Source: a virus
Taxonomy: Duplodnaviria > Caudoviricetes
Direction: 5' to 3' (one strand)
Length of the DNA stretch: 64,000 bases
Virus record (IMG/VR): IMGVR_UViG_3300003375_000001
Coordinates: 128,001 to 192,000 of that record
The notes below the pieces were generated by a model, which was not told the origin of the DNA, made no database searches, and was given only the letters and a program-made list of their open reading frames with translations. Shown in pieces: positions 8,418-17,115 of the stretch. The position numbers and the translations under genes are program-made. Numbering within the stretch: position 1 is the first letter of the stretch; each line of letters opens with the position of its first letter.

Positions 8418-9269
8418 ATGAACCACATACACGAAAAGCATAGTCTTGAGTCCTCGATAAGAGGTATGTATCCTCAGGACGCAGAAACCCTTGTCGATCA
8501 CGCTGCTGACATTAAAACGGCTATAGCAAAGTATTGTAGTGACGAGGAGTCATTGTCCATGCTTGACGGTCAAGCGTCTGAGTCGGAGCTTGCAAACTTT
8601 GCAGACACACCTATTCGTGCGGCTAAGGCTTTGCAGGGAGTGCTTAAAGAAGTAGCACGCTTGGAAGAGGACACTTGTCAGCCTCTTTACCTTCATCGCG
8701 TGCTTAACGACAGAAAGACTCTTATAGACAGCCTAATGGCTAAGCCTAGATACTTCGCGGAAGTAAAGGAAATCATCGCTACAGGTTTTCCTACAGAGGA
8801 TGAGGACTGTGGCATTGTCACTCAAGGGCCCATTCATGCAAAAGGTCTATGCCCCCATCACTTCCTTCCGGTTTACTACACGGCCTTTATTGCTTACAAA
8901 CCCACAAAGGGTGGGTATGTACTTGGTCTAAGCAAACTGGCGCGCATTGTGATCGCCTTAGCCGCTCGCCCCGTTTTGCAAGAACAACTTACTGCCGATA
9001 TTGCCGACGTTCTATATAGGCACAAACAATCCAGTGTGCCTAGCGCGCAGGCTATTACAGTGAAGCCTACTGAGTCAAGACCTTGTATAGACAGCGATGG
9101 TTCAGCTCTACAGCTAATTGGTGAGCACACCTGCATGTCGTGCCGTGGCGTACGGTCTAACGCACGTACACTAACCACTGTTCTAAGAGGTGCATTCTCA
9201 AAAGACTTACACCTCAAAAGCGAGTTCTATTCCGCTATAGAAGCCATTAGACAGACGCGAAATGGCTAA
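8418..9269 (+). CDS. folE: GTP cyclohydrolase I FolE
   Basis: DTPIRAAKA, LCPHHFLP, LGLSKLARIV, QEQLT, and EHTCMSCRGV. Confidence 0.93.
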   Translation: MNHIHEKHSLESSIRGMYPQDAETLVDHAADIKTAIAKYCSDEESLSMLDGQASESELANFADTPIRAAKALQGVLKEVARLEEDTCQPLYLHRVLNDRKTLIDSLMAKPRYFAEVKEIIATGFPTEDEDCGIVTQGPIHAKGLCPHHFLPVYYTAFIAYKPTKGGYVLGLSKLARIVIALAARPVLQEQLTADIADVLYRHKQSSVPSAQAITVKPTESRPCIDSDGSALQLIGEHTCMSCRGVRSNARTLTTVLRGAFSKDLHLKSEFYSAIEAIRQTRNG

Positions 9270-9299
9270 TTTTCGCTAAAAAGTGTCGTTTTTACGTCG

Positions 9300-9374
9300 A
9301 AAATGGACAAAAATAGCGAAAAATCGGCATTTTTGTCCATTTTCTGCATTTTCTTGTTGAATTTTGTCCATTTT
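9300..9374. repeat. 15-bp perfect inverted repeat (9300-9314 / 9329-9343) plus a third TTTTGTCCATTTT copy (9362-9374)
   Basis: AAAATGGACAAAAAT and ATTTTTGTCCATTTT are exact reverse complements; the region is intergenic and AT-rich. Confidence 0.85.
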
Positions 9375-9385
9375 GGTGTTAAACT
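9357..9385 (+). promoter_or_regulatory. sigma70-type early promoter
   Basis: -35 TTGAAT (9357-9362), 17-bp spacer, extended -10 TGtTAAACT (9377-9385), upstream of an isolated gene with its own terminator. Confidence 0.65.
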
Positions 9386-9450
9386 GAAAGCACACAAACA
9401 GAGAAGCACTCACTCTGAAAACTGAGCGCAACTTTTGAAAGAGTCTCATC

Positions 9451-9882
9451 ATGCAACGCACTCACGTCAACCAATTCGTCAAGTTCAACCCTGAAGTCGC
9501 AGCCAACACGCGCTTTGTTCAGATCGATGGCCAGCGCAAAACGTTCTTCCGTGTCGTGGTCAAGGGCATTGGCGACAAGTTCATCATGCCAACAGACGAC
9601 GGTGTATTCCGCCCCTTCGCTTCGCCCCGCTCGGAGGCTCTTGAAGGCTTCGATGGCAAGACCGCCAAGGAAGTTTGGCTCAAGCTGGCCGAGTCGATTC
9701 GTCAGAATGGTGTGTTTCCTGAAGCTGGCCGCAAGACGAAGAAGGCCAAGGTTGTCGCAGTCAAGGCAACTAAGCCGGTCAAGGCTGCGAAGAAGGTTCA
9801 TGGCGAGATCGTGGGCAAGAGCCGGAAGGGAAAGGTTCGCGGCGAAGACTTTGACTTCGAACAGATGTCGGCAAACATGTGA
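9451..9882 (+). CDS. basic, GC-rich hypothetical protein (probable early/host-takeover protein)
   Basis: 143 aa with a Lys/Ala-rich C-terminus and GC-ending codons; own promoter and terminator. Confidence 0.8.
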   Translation: MQRTHVNQFVKFNPEVAANTRFVQIDGQRKTFFRVVVKGIGDKFIMPTDDGVFRPFASPRSEALEGFDGKTAKEVWLKLAESIRQNGVFPEAGRKTKKAKVVAVKATKPVKAAKKVHGEIVGKSRKGKVRGEDFDFEQMSANM

Positions 9883-9903
9883 GAACGTAAGCTCACATAA
9901 ACG

Positions 9904-9925
9904 AAAAGGGCCACTAGGCCCTTTT
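9904..9925 (+). terminator. Rho-independent terminator
   Basis: AAAAGGGCC-ACTA-GGCCCTTTT hairpin with T tract. Confidence 0.85.
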
Positions 9926-9954
9926 CCTATTTCTGCCTTTTTGCGAGGTGTCTC

Positions 9955-10434
9955 ATGAGAACCAAATTCTTAGTCCTGTTAACGAGAGAAGACGGACAGC
10001 AAAGGTATCTTAATAGCGCGACGGCCAAGCTGGAACGAGGCTATTACAAGGAGACGGGCGTAGCTATAAACAGGCTACTTGCGTTCGTGAAGAATCGGCC
10101 TACATGGAAAGGCTGTGTATACCAAGTTGGTCCTAGCTACCGACTCCTGGCCAGCCAAATAGTTTTCGCCACACTCAACCTAAGAAGTCAAACCATGAAA
10201 TTCAATCGAGAAGACGTCCAGCTGCGAGATACAGAGTCAGGAGACGTTACTACAACAACGATCTACTCCGCAGTATACGACAAAGACCTTTACGAGGTCA
10301 CAACGTTTCTAGGTACGCTGTTGTATAGAAAGAATGGTAGAGACTGGATGCCATATTCTGAGAGTCACGCCCACGCCTGGATAGTAGACCACTTCCAGTT
10401 GAAGAACACAGTAGCCCGGGAGGACTTACAGTGA
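9955..10434 (+). CDS. hypothetical protein
   Basis: 159 aa, GAGG RBS. Confidence 0.7.
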   Translation: MRTKFLVLLTREDGQQRYLNSATAKLERGYYKETGVAINRLLAFVKNRPTWKGCVYQVGPSYRLLASQIVFATLNLRSQTMKFNREDVQLRDTESGDVTTTTIYSAVYDKDLYEVTTFLGTLLYRKNGRDWMPYSESHAHAWIVDHFQLKNTVAREDLQ

Positions 10435-10613
10435 TAACGATTTATGTACTGATGGCGGTGTTCGCCATCTGCCTGGTCTACCTGTTTCTAACTGAGCCAA
10501 GTAGACTGGAGCGAGAGTTGAAACAAGCGAAGGCTTGGGAAGAAGCCGGGGTAAAGGTTTGCAGTCAAAGGCAAAAGCAAGCGAAACGACTAAGGTCGAG
10601 GCGTCACTGTTAA
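10431..10613 (+). CDS. small membrane protein
   Basis: N-terminal hydrophobic helix and basic tail. Confidence 0.65.
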   Translation: MITIYVLMAVFAICLVYLFLTEPSRLERELKQAKAWEEAGVKVCSQRQKQAKRLRSRRHC

Positions 10614-10614
10614 T
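10607..10614 (+). promoter_or_regulatory. CTGTTAAT candidate phage promoter element
   Basis: 40 nt upstream of ATG 10655; the same 8-mer lies upstream of four minus-strand genes. Confidence 0.4.
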
Positions 10615-10654
10615 AAGTAATGCAAAAGCACAACACCTCTATAAGGAGAGTTTC

Positions 10655-11020
10655 ATGCAACGTATTTCTTCAGATGACCTGCAACGCCAAACTGATCCTC
10701 AGAAAGCTCTGAACAAACAGGACTACAGAGGGCGGCTCACCCAGATGTTTCCGTGGTTGCCTAAGGATTTTTCTCTTCAGACAAATCCGGTTTCTGGTGT
10801 TGAGGACACAGACAAACTCTGTCAGCGGATAGAAAGAGTTTATAGAACTCACCTTACCTGCTCTGATCCTTCTTACCTGCGTAGAGAAGCATTCAGGGCA
10901 ATAGCCTTAGTTCGTTCCACAAAGAACGGCTGGCAAGCGGACTACGGGTCGCGTAACCATCGACCACAAACCGTGGTACATGCCTTTCCTCAAACAGCGT
11001 TTCCTTATAGCCGGCCTTGA
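10655..11020 (+). CDS. hypothetical protein
   Basis: Start set at ATG 10655 after AAGGAG. Confidence 0.65.
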   Translation: MQRISSDDLQRQTDPQKALNKQDYRGRLTQMFPWLPKDFSLQTNPVSGVEDTDKLCQRIERVYRTHLTCSDPSYLRREAFRAIALVRSTKNGWQADYGSRNHRPQTVVHAFPQTAFPYSRP

Positions 11021-11023
11021 GTC

Positions 11024-11248
11024 ATGTCAGACTCACCTCAGCCAACGGCGCAGCCTATCAAAAAGCTTACAGTAAAGAAATACTTTGAGCTGGAAAGCGA
11101 ATGGGTAAACGCGCAGGGTCGTAGACGAACATTCGGGCGATGGTTTCTTCAAACATACTTTCCAAACGTCACTGACGACGACTTGTATAACTGCAAGGAA
11201 ACCTATAGAGCTTCTTTAATCATTCTGGCCAAGTACATTCTACCTTAG
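11024..11248 (+). CDS. hypothetical protein
   Basis: 74 aa in a coupled gene run. Confidence 0.65.
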   Translation: MSDSPQPTAQPIKKLTVKKYFELESEWVNAQGRRRTFGRWFLQTYFPNVTDDDLYNCKETYRASLIILAKYILP

Positions 11249-11258
11249 GAGAATTGTC

Positions 11259-11846
11259 ATGTCTCTTTTGAAATTGGAAGTAGGTGTTACGTACCAAGTT
11301 ATTATGAATCCTCAGGCTCTGGTAGGAGATGAGTCGCCAGGCAAAAGTTTACCTGTGCCATACTCCTTAGTGTGTAGGGCAGATGTCGTATGGGAAGCCC
11401 GAATAATCGAATTACAGCAGACCATTGTTCGTGGAAGCACTGGACTATTCACGACAAAAGTAGTTTGGAGCTTGATGTCTAAAGAATACCCTCTACTGGT
11501 ATTGAGGGCCGTTCACTACGAACCTCTTGGCACGGAGCGTCTGTTCAAGTTGGTTTTGCCTTCGCAAACCTCTGTACCAGAATCGGCCAAGCCTCATGTG
11601 AGCGCAGAAGAGGTTAAGCAACCAAAAGCAGGTGAGGTTAAAACGTGGAGGTTAACCCCTGGGACAGACGGCGTTCTATTGACGACACCAGGTGAACACG
11701 ACGTACTGACTAAGAGGCTGACCGTGTTTGTTCCGGTCAGCACAGTCTTTAGCGAAGACGAAGACCAGCCGTTTTTATCCTGCATGGGAATCCTTGTGCG
11801 TGAAGGTGAGAGCGTTTTTATAAAGAGGCCGTCCTACGTATGCTAG
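11259..11846 (+). CDS. hypothetical protein
   Basis: AGGAG RBS, 195 aa. Confidence 0.7.
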   Translation: MSLLKLEVGVTYQVIMNPQALVGDESPGKSLPVPYSLVCRADVVWEARIIELQQTIVRGSTGLFTTKVVWSLMSKEYPLLVLRAVHYEPLGTERLFKLVLPSQTSVPESAKPHVSAEEVKQPKAGEVKTWRLTPGTDGVLLTTPGEHDVLTKRLTVFVPVSTVFSEDEDQPFLSCMGILVREGESVFIKRPSYVC

Positions 11847-12409
11847 TAGCGTCTAGTCCAGTGGTACAAGACCTTCAGCTAGGCTTTGACACAATGTTTG
11901 AGAGTCCTCGAAAGAGGTCAACTAACTATGAGTCTGACGCCTGGGTAGAACTAAGGCGAATTGTAGTGGCCTTGATCCGAGACTCAACTTCGTGGGTCCC
12001 ATCACGGCAGCTAACACAGAAGGTTTATGCTTACTTCCTGCCTGAAGGTATGCGTAAAGCAGAGACCATGAAACGCAAGACAGGCGAACTGCTTCCGCAC
12101 ATGGTGAAAGAAGGAACTCTGCTGATTCACTTGTCACGGTTATGCCAGGAAGAGGCTTCGGCACTAGTAAAGTCTAAGTATGCTTCCTATATGTGGTCAG
12201 GCACAGAGATTGAGGAGGACACAGACCTAGACGTAAGCCCAACCGCAGTAGAAGTATTATCCAAGCTATTCCCCGTTTTTGTGCCGGGTACTACGCACAG
12301 AACCACGTATGTCCTCAGTCCAAATCTTTGGTACCTTGATGACTATTTAGAACCAGACCAAACCATGGTATGCTACCCCAAACTTGTAGAAGAGGTTTTA
12401 TATGACTAA
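11840..12409 (+). CDS. hypothetical protein
   Basis: 189 aa, coupled. Confidence 0.65.
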   Translation: MLVASSPVVQDLQLGFDTMFESPRKRSTNYESDAWVELRRIVVALIRDSTSWVPSRQLTQKVYAYFLPEGMRKAETMKRKTGELLPHMVKEGTLLIHLSRLCQEEASALVKSKYASYMWSGTEIEEDTDLDVSPTAVEVLSKLFPVFVPGTTHRTTYVLSPNLWYLDDYLEPDQTMVCYPKLVEEVLYD

Positions 12410-12848
12410 CAAGAGGCATAGCCTTATAGAATTCGTGGCACCTGCTTTGATATCTAAAGTCAGGAAGTCAGCTACTCTTATAACGTACCCCTCGAGGATA
12501 CGTCCCCGGTCTTCAGACACTATGGTGCTCCTAGGCGACCCTTTAGTTAACGCGGTTAGAACTGCTCAGATGCAAGGCACCGCGCAAGGTCTTGTTCAAG
12601 AGGAGGACTTGACCGAGTTTATCAACACGGCTGTTAGTGCTACGATTAAAGAAATTCTTTCAGAGATTTCCTCTGTAGCCAACAACGCGCATAAGGAAGG
12701 TAAGTTTAGAGACGCTGCTATTCTCTTTAATCTTATTAAAGACCTGGACGAAAAATTCAAACCTCCACACCATGAAGCCTCTAGCCAGCCAAGCCTTATC
12801 GACAATGAATCTGGCAACCCTAGTGGAATCAGTAGCGAAGGCAATTAA
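12402..12848 (+). CDS. hypothetical protein
   Basis: GAGG RBS, 148 aa. Confidence 0.65.
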   Translation: MTNKRHSLIEFVAPALISKVRKSATLITYPSRIRPRSSDTMVLLGDPLVNAVRTAQMQGTAQGLVQEEDLTEFINTAVSATIKEILSEISSVANNAHKEGKFRDAAILFNLIKDLDEKFKPPHHEASSQPSLIDNESGNPSGISSEGN

Positions 12849-12949
12849 CATACAGGCCGAAGGGCATTCAAACTACTGGGTTGGCTACAGGCCTATGGCC
12901 GAAGCCGCACTTTATACAATAGACAGTTTGTTGCTGTCTAAGGAGAAAA

Positions 12950-13564
12950 ATGATGGTAAACAAGTTCCTTGAAATGGTCAAGTCTTTCTTTGCCCCATTG
13001 ATGTGGAAAAGCCCCCAGACCAACAAGCACGTAGACGACGAAGTGGATAAGCCCCTGGTAGAAAAACCGGCATTTGAGGGGTTGGTGGAAGTCACGTTTA
13101 ATACCCGTCTTTGTATTCACGTAACAGAGCCCTACCGTTTCCAAATGGACAACGATAGAGGAGCTATGTCCTCTGGGCGTGTCTATCAGGCAACGACTGT
13201 CTTTATTGCTAAGGAAATTGACGCAAAAACTCTTATGGCCGCCAAAGACTTTCTGGCCAGGGTAAAGGAGCTGGTAGCTTGTACCAGCTTAAAGGCCGCT
13301 TGTGACACGGCTTTCTCCATGTATATGACTGATACATTCTTGTCCGTCAAGACGGGGGAAAGTCTGGAGTGTTTTTCTTTAGCGGGGATTAGCCTTACAA
13401 CAATAACCCACGCTATTAGGGTTAGGGACGCATTTGGTAGCGATGAATCATTAACCACTGAGAAAGGGTTAGTAGTTCTTCAAGACCTTATAGACACTTG
13501 GTCTTCACACCTGAGTAAAGCACGGTCAGAGGTTTCAAAAGCTGAAGGTCAAAGCAATGCTTAA
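12950..13564 (+). CDS. hypothetical protein
   Basis: AAGGAG RBS, 204 aa. Confidence 0.7.
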   Translation: MMVNKFLEMVKSFFAPLMWKSPQTNKHVDDEVDKPLVEKPAFEGLVEVTFNTRLCIHVTEPYRFQMDNDRGAMSSGRVYQATTVFIAKEIDAKTLMAAKDFLARVKELVACTSLKAACDTAFSMYMTDTFLSVKTGESLECFSLAGISLTTITHAIRVRDAFGSDESLTTEKGLVVLQDLIDTWSSHLSKARSEVSKAEGQSNA

Positions 13565-14393
13565 GCAACTTAGCGACGAGACCGACTGGTTCTCTAGTGA
13601 CTTGCACCTCGGTCATAAGCCTATAGTAGAAGACCGCGGTTTCTCGTCCATAGAAGAAATGGACGAGGCAGTAATCCGGTCTATAAATAGCTCTGTGCAA
13701 CCTCTTGACCGTTTGTACCTCCTAGGTGACATATCTTTTCATAAGCAAGAGCGCACAGCAGAACTTCTAAACGAGATCCACTGCAAGAACATCATCCTTG
13801 TAAGGGGAAATCACGATAAGGTGTTGTCAAAGCCAAGCCTGCGTGAAAGGTTTTTTCATGTAGACGGCCTGTTGCGAAAGACGTTTAGACTGGTATATGA
13901 TCACGGAGAGTCCATATCGGTGCCAATGACTCTAAGTCATGATCCCCTGTACGTTTGGGACCGCATGCACCATGGAGCGTTTCAACTACACGGGCACAGT
14001 CACGGGTCATGCATATATCCTAGTGAGGCCCGCCAGTTAGACGTAGGCTGGGACATCTATTGTCGGCCACTATCTTTGATAGAGGTTTACTCCAAGTTGA
14101 TACACAAGCCTATTCCTATTCGTGACTGGCACATATATCCAGGTAGGACTGAGGCTAACGACTACAGGGAAATAAGGTCTTCGTTAGAAGCCATACAGAC
14201 TAAGATAACTCTGGCCCTAGCGGTTTCGCCTGACGTAACTCTAGTGCAGTCCCACTTTGAAACCATATTCGAATTGGGAGACATCCAGAACGTTCTGGTA
14301 AGCCTAGGTAACACGGTTAACAACCGAAAGATGGCGATAGAACGAGAGTTAGCGTCACTGGCTTTCGAACAGGAGAGATTCAAAAATGATTGA
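13557..14393 (+). CDS. calcineurin-like metallophosphoesterase with C-terminal helical extension
   Basis: SDLHLGH, LLGDIS, RGNHD, SHDP and LHGHSHG. Confidence 0.88.
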   Translation: MLKQLSDETDWFSSDLHLGHKPIVEDRGFSSIEEMDEAVIRSINSSVQPLDRLYLLGDISFHKQERTAELLNEIHCKNIILVRGNHDKVLSKPSLRERFFHVDGLLRKTFRLVYDHGESISVPMTLSHDPLYVWDRMHHGAFQLHGHSHGSCIYPSEARQLDVGWDIYCRPLSLIEVYSKLIHKPIPIRDWHIYPGRTEANDYREIRSSLEAIQTKITLALAVSPDVTLVQSHFETIFELGDIQNVLVSLGNTVNNRKMAIERELASLAFEQERFKND

Positions 14394-15093
14394 TGCCATA
14401 AAATACGGTGTATCCGTATATCTAAAGAGCGCCCGCCACCTTCTTGTCCAACGCGCCAAGTGCGTGGTCGGGCGCTCTTTCGTTTACGTCAACCCTGCAG
14501 ACACACGTGTCCGTGACCCTTTTGGCGCGTTGTTAACGCAAGGTGCTCTTAAAGCTATGCCTGGCATCATAGGCGCTAGCTCGTTAAGCGCCGAAGACTG
14601 GACAAAAGCTTTAGTACTATCCGGCATTGATCCCAGTGTGTTCTACGTCACGGAAGCGCTAGCTCGGTTATCTCACATTCACGATCAAGAGAGTGTAGCC
14701 ACGTGGGACTCCTGTATACGCTTACAGTTTCAGGAACTATTTCCTCCTGTTCCCTGGATGCCTGAAATGACCTCTTATGTTAGAGGTGGCGCTTTAGGCC
14801 CCTATGGTATGCCTCTTCTCCGACATGACGACTTAGGGTCTATTAAGCATGTAGACTTTGAGGAGGCTATGAACCGTCTCACTTTGGAAGCAGACCTTAG
14901 CGCAGGTAAGTTTGACTTCGAGTTACAAACACTGTATGGAAACCTAGGCAAAGAGGTTGTGAAGAGGTTTACGTCTCACAACAAATGTCCTGTAGATTCT
15001 ATACAGTTGAAGCGGGGCGCTATAAAAGAAGTCTTAGACCGCATCGATACCTTAACTAAGAAGCCGTGGGCTGGTGAAAATGATTACTCCTGA
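14386..15093 (+). CDS. hypothetical protein
   Basis: 235 aa, coupled. Confidence 0.7.
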   Translation: MIDAIKYGVSVYLKSARHLLVQRAKCVVGRSFVYVNPADTRVRDPFGALLTQGALKAMPGIIGASSLSAEDWTKALVLSGIDPSVFYVTEALARLSHIHDQESVATWDSCIRLQFQELFPPVPWMPEMTSYVRGGALGPYGMPLLRHDDLGSIKHVDFEEAMNRLTLEADLSAGKFDFELQTLYGNLGKEVVKRFTSHNKCPVDSIQLKRGAIKEVLDRIDTLTKKPWAGENDYS

Positions 15094-15577
15094 CAAAGAA
15101 CCACGTAGCATTGAAGACTCCCTTAAAGAGCTATTCGCTACTCATAGGTCTAACTTTACCAATAGCACAATATCTATAGCAAAGGCCCTTATTCTCCTGC
15201 TGGAGAAAGGCGACAACAAGCCTAGCCCTATTCTTAAACTTAAGGCTAGCATAAATTTCTCGGCCCCTATAGTATACAAGGCTATATCAGTAATGGAAGC
15301 CGGGGGCCTTGTAAACGTTATCCGAGCCGTGGAAGACCCCGAAGAACAAGGCGTCAGACGAAACTTTATATCCGTTAAGAATGGCTATGACCTGGACAGA
15401 TTTATAGCGTGTGTAGAACCCTTAGTAGCCAGCAAGCTGCAATCTACGAAAGGGCGGCCTGTCCGACTTGCTATTGAAGATGAACACATCGACTTGTCGT
15501 CTAACGATATTGTTAATATAGCAAAGACTACAGTTCCTAAGAGTGTCTTTGACCTGGGTAGTCTAATCAAATCTTAA
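15074..15577 (+). CDS. putative winged-helix DNA-binding protein (MarR-like)
   Basis: PILKLKASINFSAPIVYKAISVMEAGGLV followed by a wing with RR. Confidence 0.5.
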   Translation: MKMITPDKEPRSIEDSLKELFATHRSNFTNSTISIAKALILLLEKGDNKPSPILKLKASINFSAPIVYKAISVMEAGGLVNVIRAVEDPEEQGVRRNFISVKNGYDLDRFIACVEPLVASKLQSTKGRPVRLAIEDEHIDLSSNDIVNIAKTTVPKSVFDLGSLIKS

Positions 15578-15593
15578 CTATAGGCGACTATTT

Positions 15594-15893
15594 ATGAAGT
15601 CATTGCGCCCAAATGATTCCTTGACAAAAGACCTACTTCACAAGTCTTCTAGCCTCTTGTCATTTTTCAATGACACATGGATACCAGCCAATCAAGAGTT
15701 TGTCACCCGGCTTTCTTTTCACTTAAAGACACTAGGATTTGACTGGCAGTCAGAACAAGAATTTAGTACGATCATGGAAAGAGCTACAAGCCTTGGCCTT
15801 GTTCAAATCATGCCCGGCGAAAACGGTGTTGTCCTTGCAAAACGAGGATACTACTTCCATCAGGTTCACAAGGAGCCTCGTTGTGTCCAGTAG
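15594..15893 (+). CDS. hypothetical protein
   Basis: 99 aa. Confidence 0.6.
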   Translation: MKSLRPNDSLTKDLLHKSSSLLSFFNDTWIPANQEFVTRLSFHLKTLGFDWQSEQEFSTIMERATSLGLVQIMPGENGVVLAKRGYYFHQVHKEPRCVQ

Positions 15894-16380
15894 TAGTAGT
15901 AGCACCGAACCTAAAAGGTCTTACAAAGAGAAGACAGAAGACTATATGGTATCAATTGGTGCTGTTAAAGTATGGTCAGTTATAAAGAAGTCTCCTAGTC
16001 AGCCTATAAACTTTGCTTTGGGCAACCCTTATATAGTATGCACTAGTCCTGAGCTTGCGCACGCCTGGTTAGAACATGCGTTCGAAGATACTAGACAAGT
16101 TCACACCGTGCATGGACCTAGGTGGGCTATAGCCGTCGCCGGCGGTAACTATCATTTTATAAACGCAACCAAGATTCGAGTAACCTCCAAACAACCGGAG
16201 AAAACAGATGCTAGTCAAAGTAAGCATGACCGTGACGTATCACGACAGTCACCGTCACGTAAAGTCTCTAGAGAAGATTCTCTTCCAGGGTTCAACAATT
16301 CTGGATTACAGGATAACCAAGGCAACAGACATGAGCCTGCCGGAAATGACGATGATCCACCTTGGGCGGAAAGTGATTGA
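15883..16380 (+). CDS. hypothetical protein
   Basis: GTG 15883 after AAGGAG, in the frame of track ORF 15739..16380; acidic tail ending DDDPPW. Confidence 0.55.
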   Translation: MSSSSSSTEPKRSYKEKTEDYMVSIGAVKVWSVIKKSPSQPINFALGNPYIVCTSPELAHAWLEHAFEDTRQVHTVHGPRWAIAVAGGNYHFINATKIRVTSKQPEKTDASQSKHDRDVSRQSPSRKVSREDSLPGFNNSGLQDNQGNRHEPAGNDDDPPWAESD

Positions 16381-16639
16381 GCCTGCTTTTGTAGCCTCTT
16401 CTACTCTGGTAAGTGATTTGATCAAGCTTTCCTTGTCAGACAACCAGGCGTTCTTTCTTGATGCCATAATGAATGCTAGAATTGACGTACTTACCGTGGT
16501 CAATGGAGGTAAGTGGTCAAATACCAGTAAGCAGCGATACCGAGGTCATAATCCTGGTGACAATGAATCTATGACCCGCACAGTTACTACTCAGGTTACC
16601 TTTGACAAGTCCACAGCCCCAAGGATATCATTACCATGA
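16208..16639 (+). CDS. hypothetical protein
   Basis: 143 aa; overlaps the previous ORF, start uncertain. Confidence 0.5.
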   Translation: MLVKVSMTVTYHDSHRHVKSLEKILFQGSTILDYRITKATDMSLPEMTMIHLGRKVIEPAFVASSTLVSDLIKLSLSDNQAFFLDAIMNARIDVLTVVNGGKWSNTSKQRYRGHNPGDNESMTRTVTTQVTFDKSTAPRISLP

Positions 16640-17115
16640 CCCTCTTACTTAAAAGACGTGCCTTTTTAGTGGCAGGCTTAAGCACTTTGCTGTCGCCACT
16701 AGTATTGCCTGCTAATGCAAACTCCTTAAGTCCCTACAGCCCTTATGCAGAACCTGGGCCTACACTGTACGGTGACGGGGTACATGAAGATACAGAGGCA
16801 CTACAGGCTCTATTCGATGGTAAGGCTGTTTATGACGCACAAGGTAACAGACTCCTAAATAATCAGGAATTTCAAGGTAAGACATTTGTTGTCACCAGAC
16901 TGCTTGAAGTAGACCTGTCGAAAATTTCCCACAGGCTGTCTTTTGTAGACTCTAGATTCCACTACTTTATTGGAGACATAAACTCAAATCTTATGGAGAT
17001 GAAGGGCAAGTCAACAACAGGGATGCTGACTATGCAGAGGGTAACGTTTATTAACCGGGGATCACAGACGAGTGGTGTAAGTTTTGTAGGAGAGGCTAAT
17101 GGCAAACGATCCTAG
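16636..17115 (+). CDS. secreted protein with twin-arginine (Tat) signal peptide
   Basis: KRRAFL, hydrophobic stretch and ANA cleavage site, then GDGVHEDTEALQA (beta-helix/pectate-lyase-3 N-cap-like). Confidence 0.6.
   Translation: MTLLLKRRAFLVAGLSTLLSPLVLPANANSLSPYSPYAEPGPTLYGDGVHEDTEALQALFDGKAVYDAQGNRLLNNQEFQGKTFVVTRLLEVDLSKISHRLSFVDSRFHYFIGDINSNLMEMKGKSTTGMLTMQRVTFINRGSQTSGVSFVGEANGKRS

Noticed and set aside
12920-12940. Hairpin TAGACAG-N7-CTGTCTA next to an RBS as a regulatory RNA or promoter
   Set aside because: Only a 7-bp stem, no T tract and no matching -35; could be chance.
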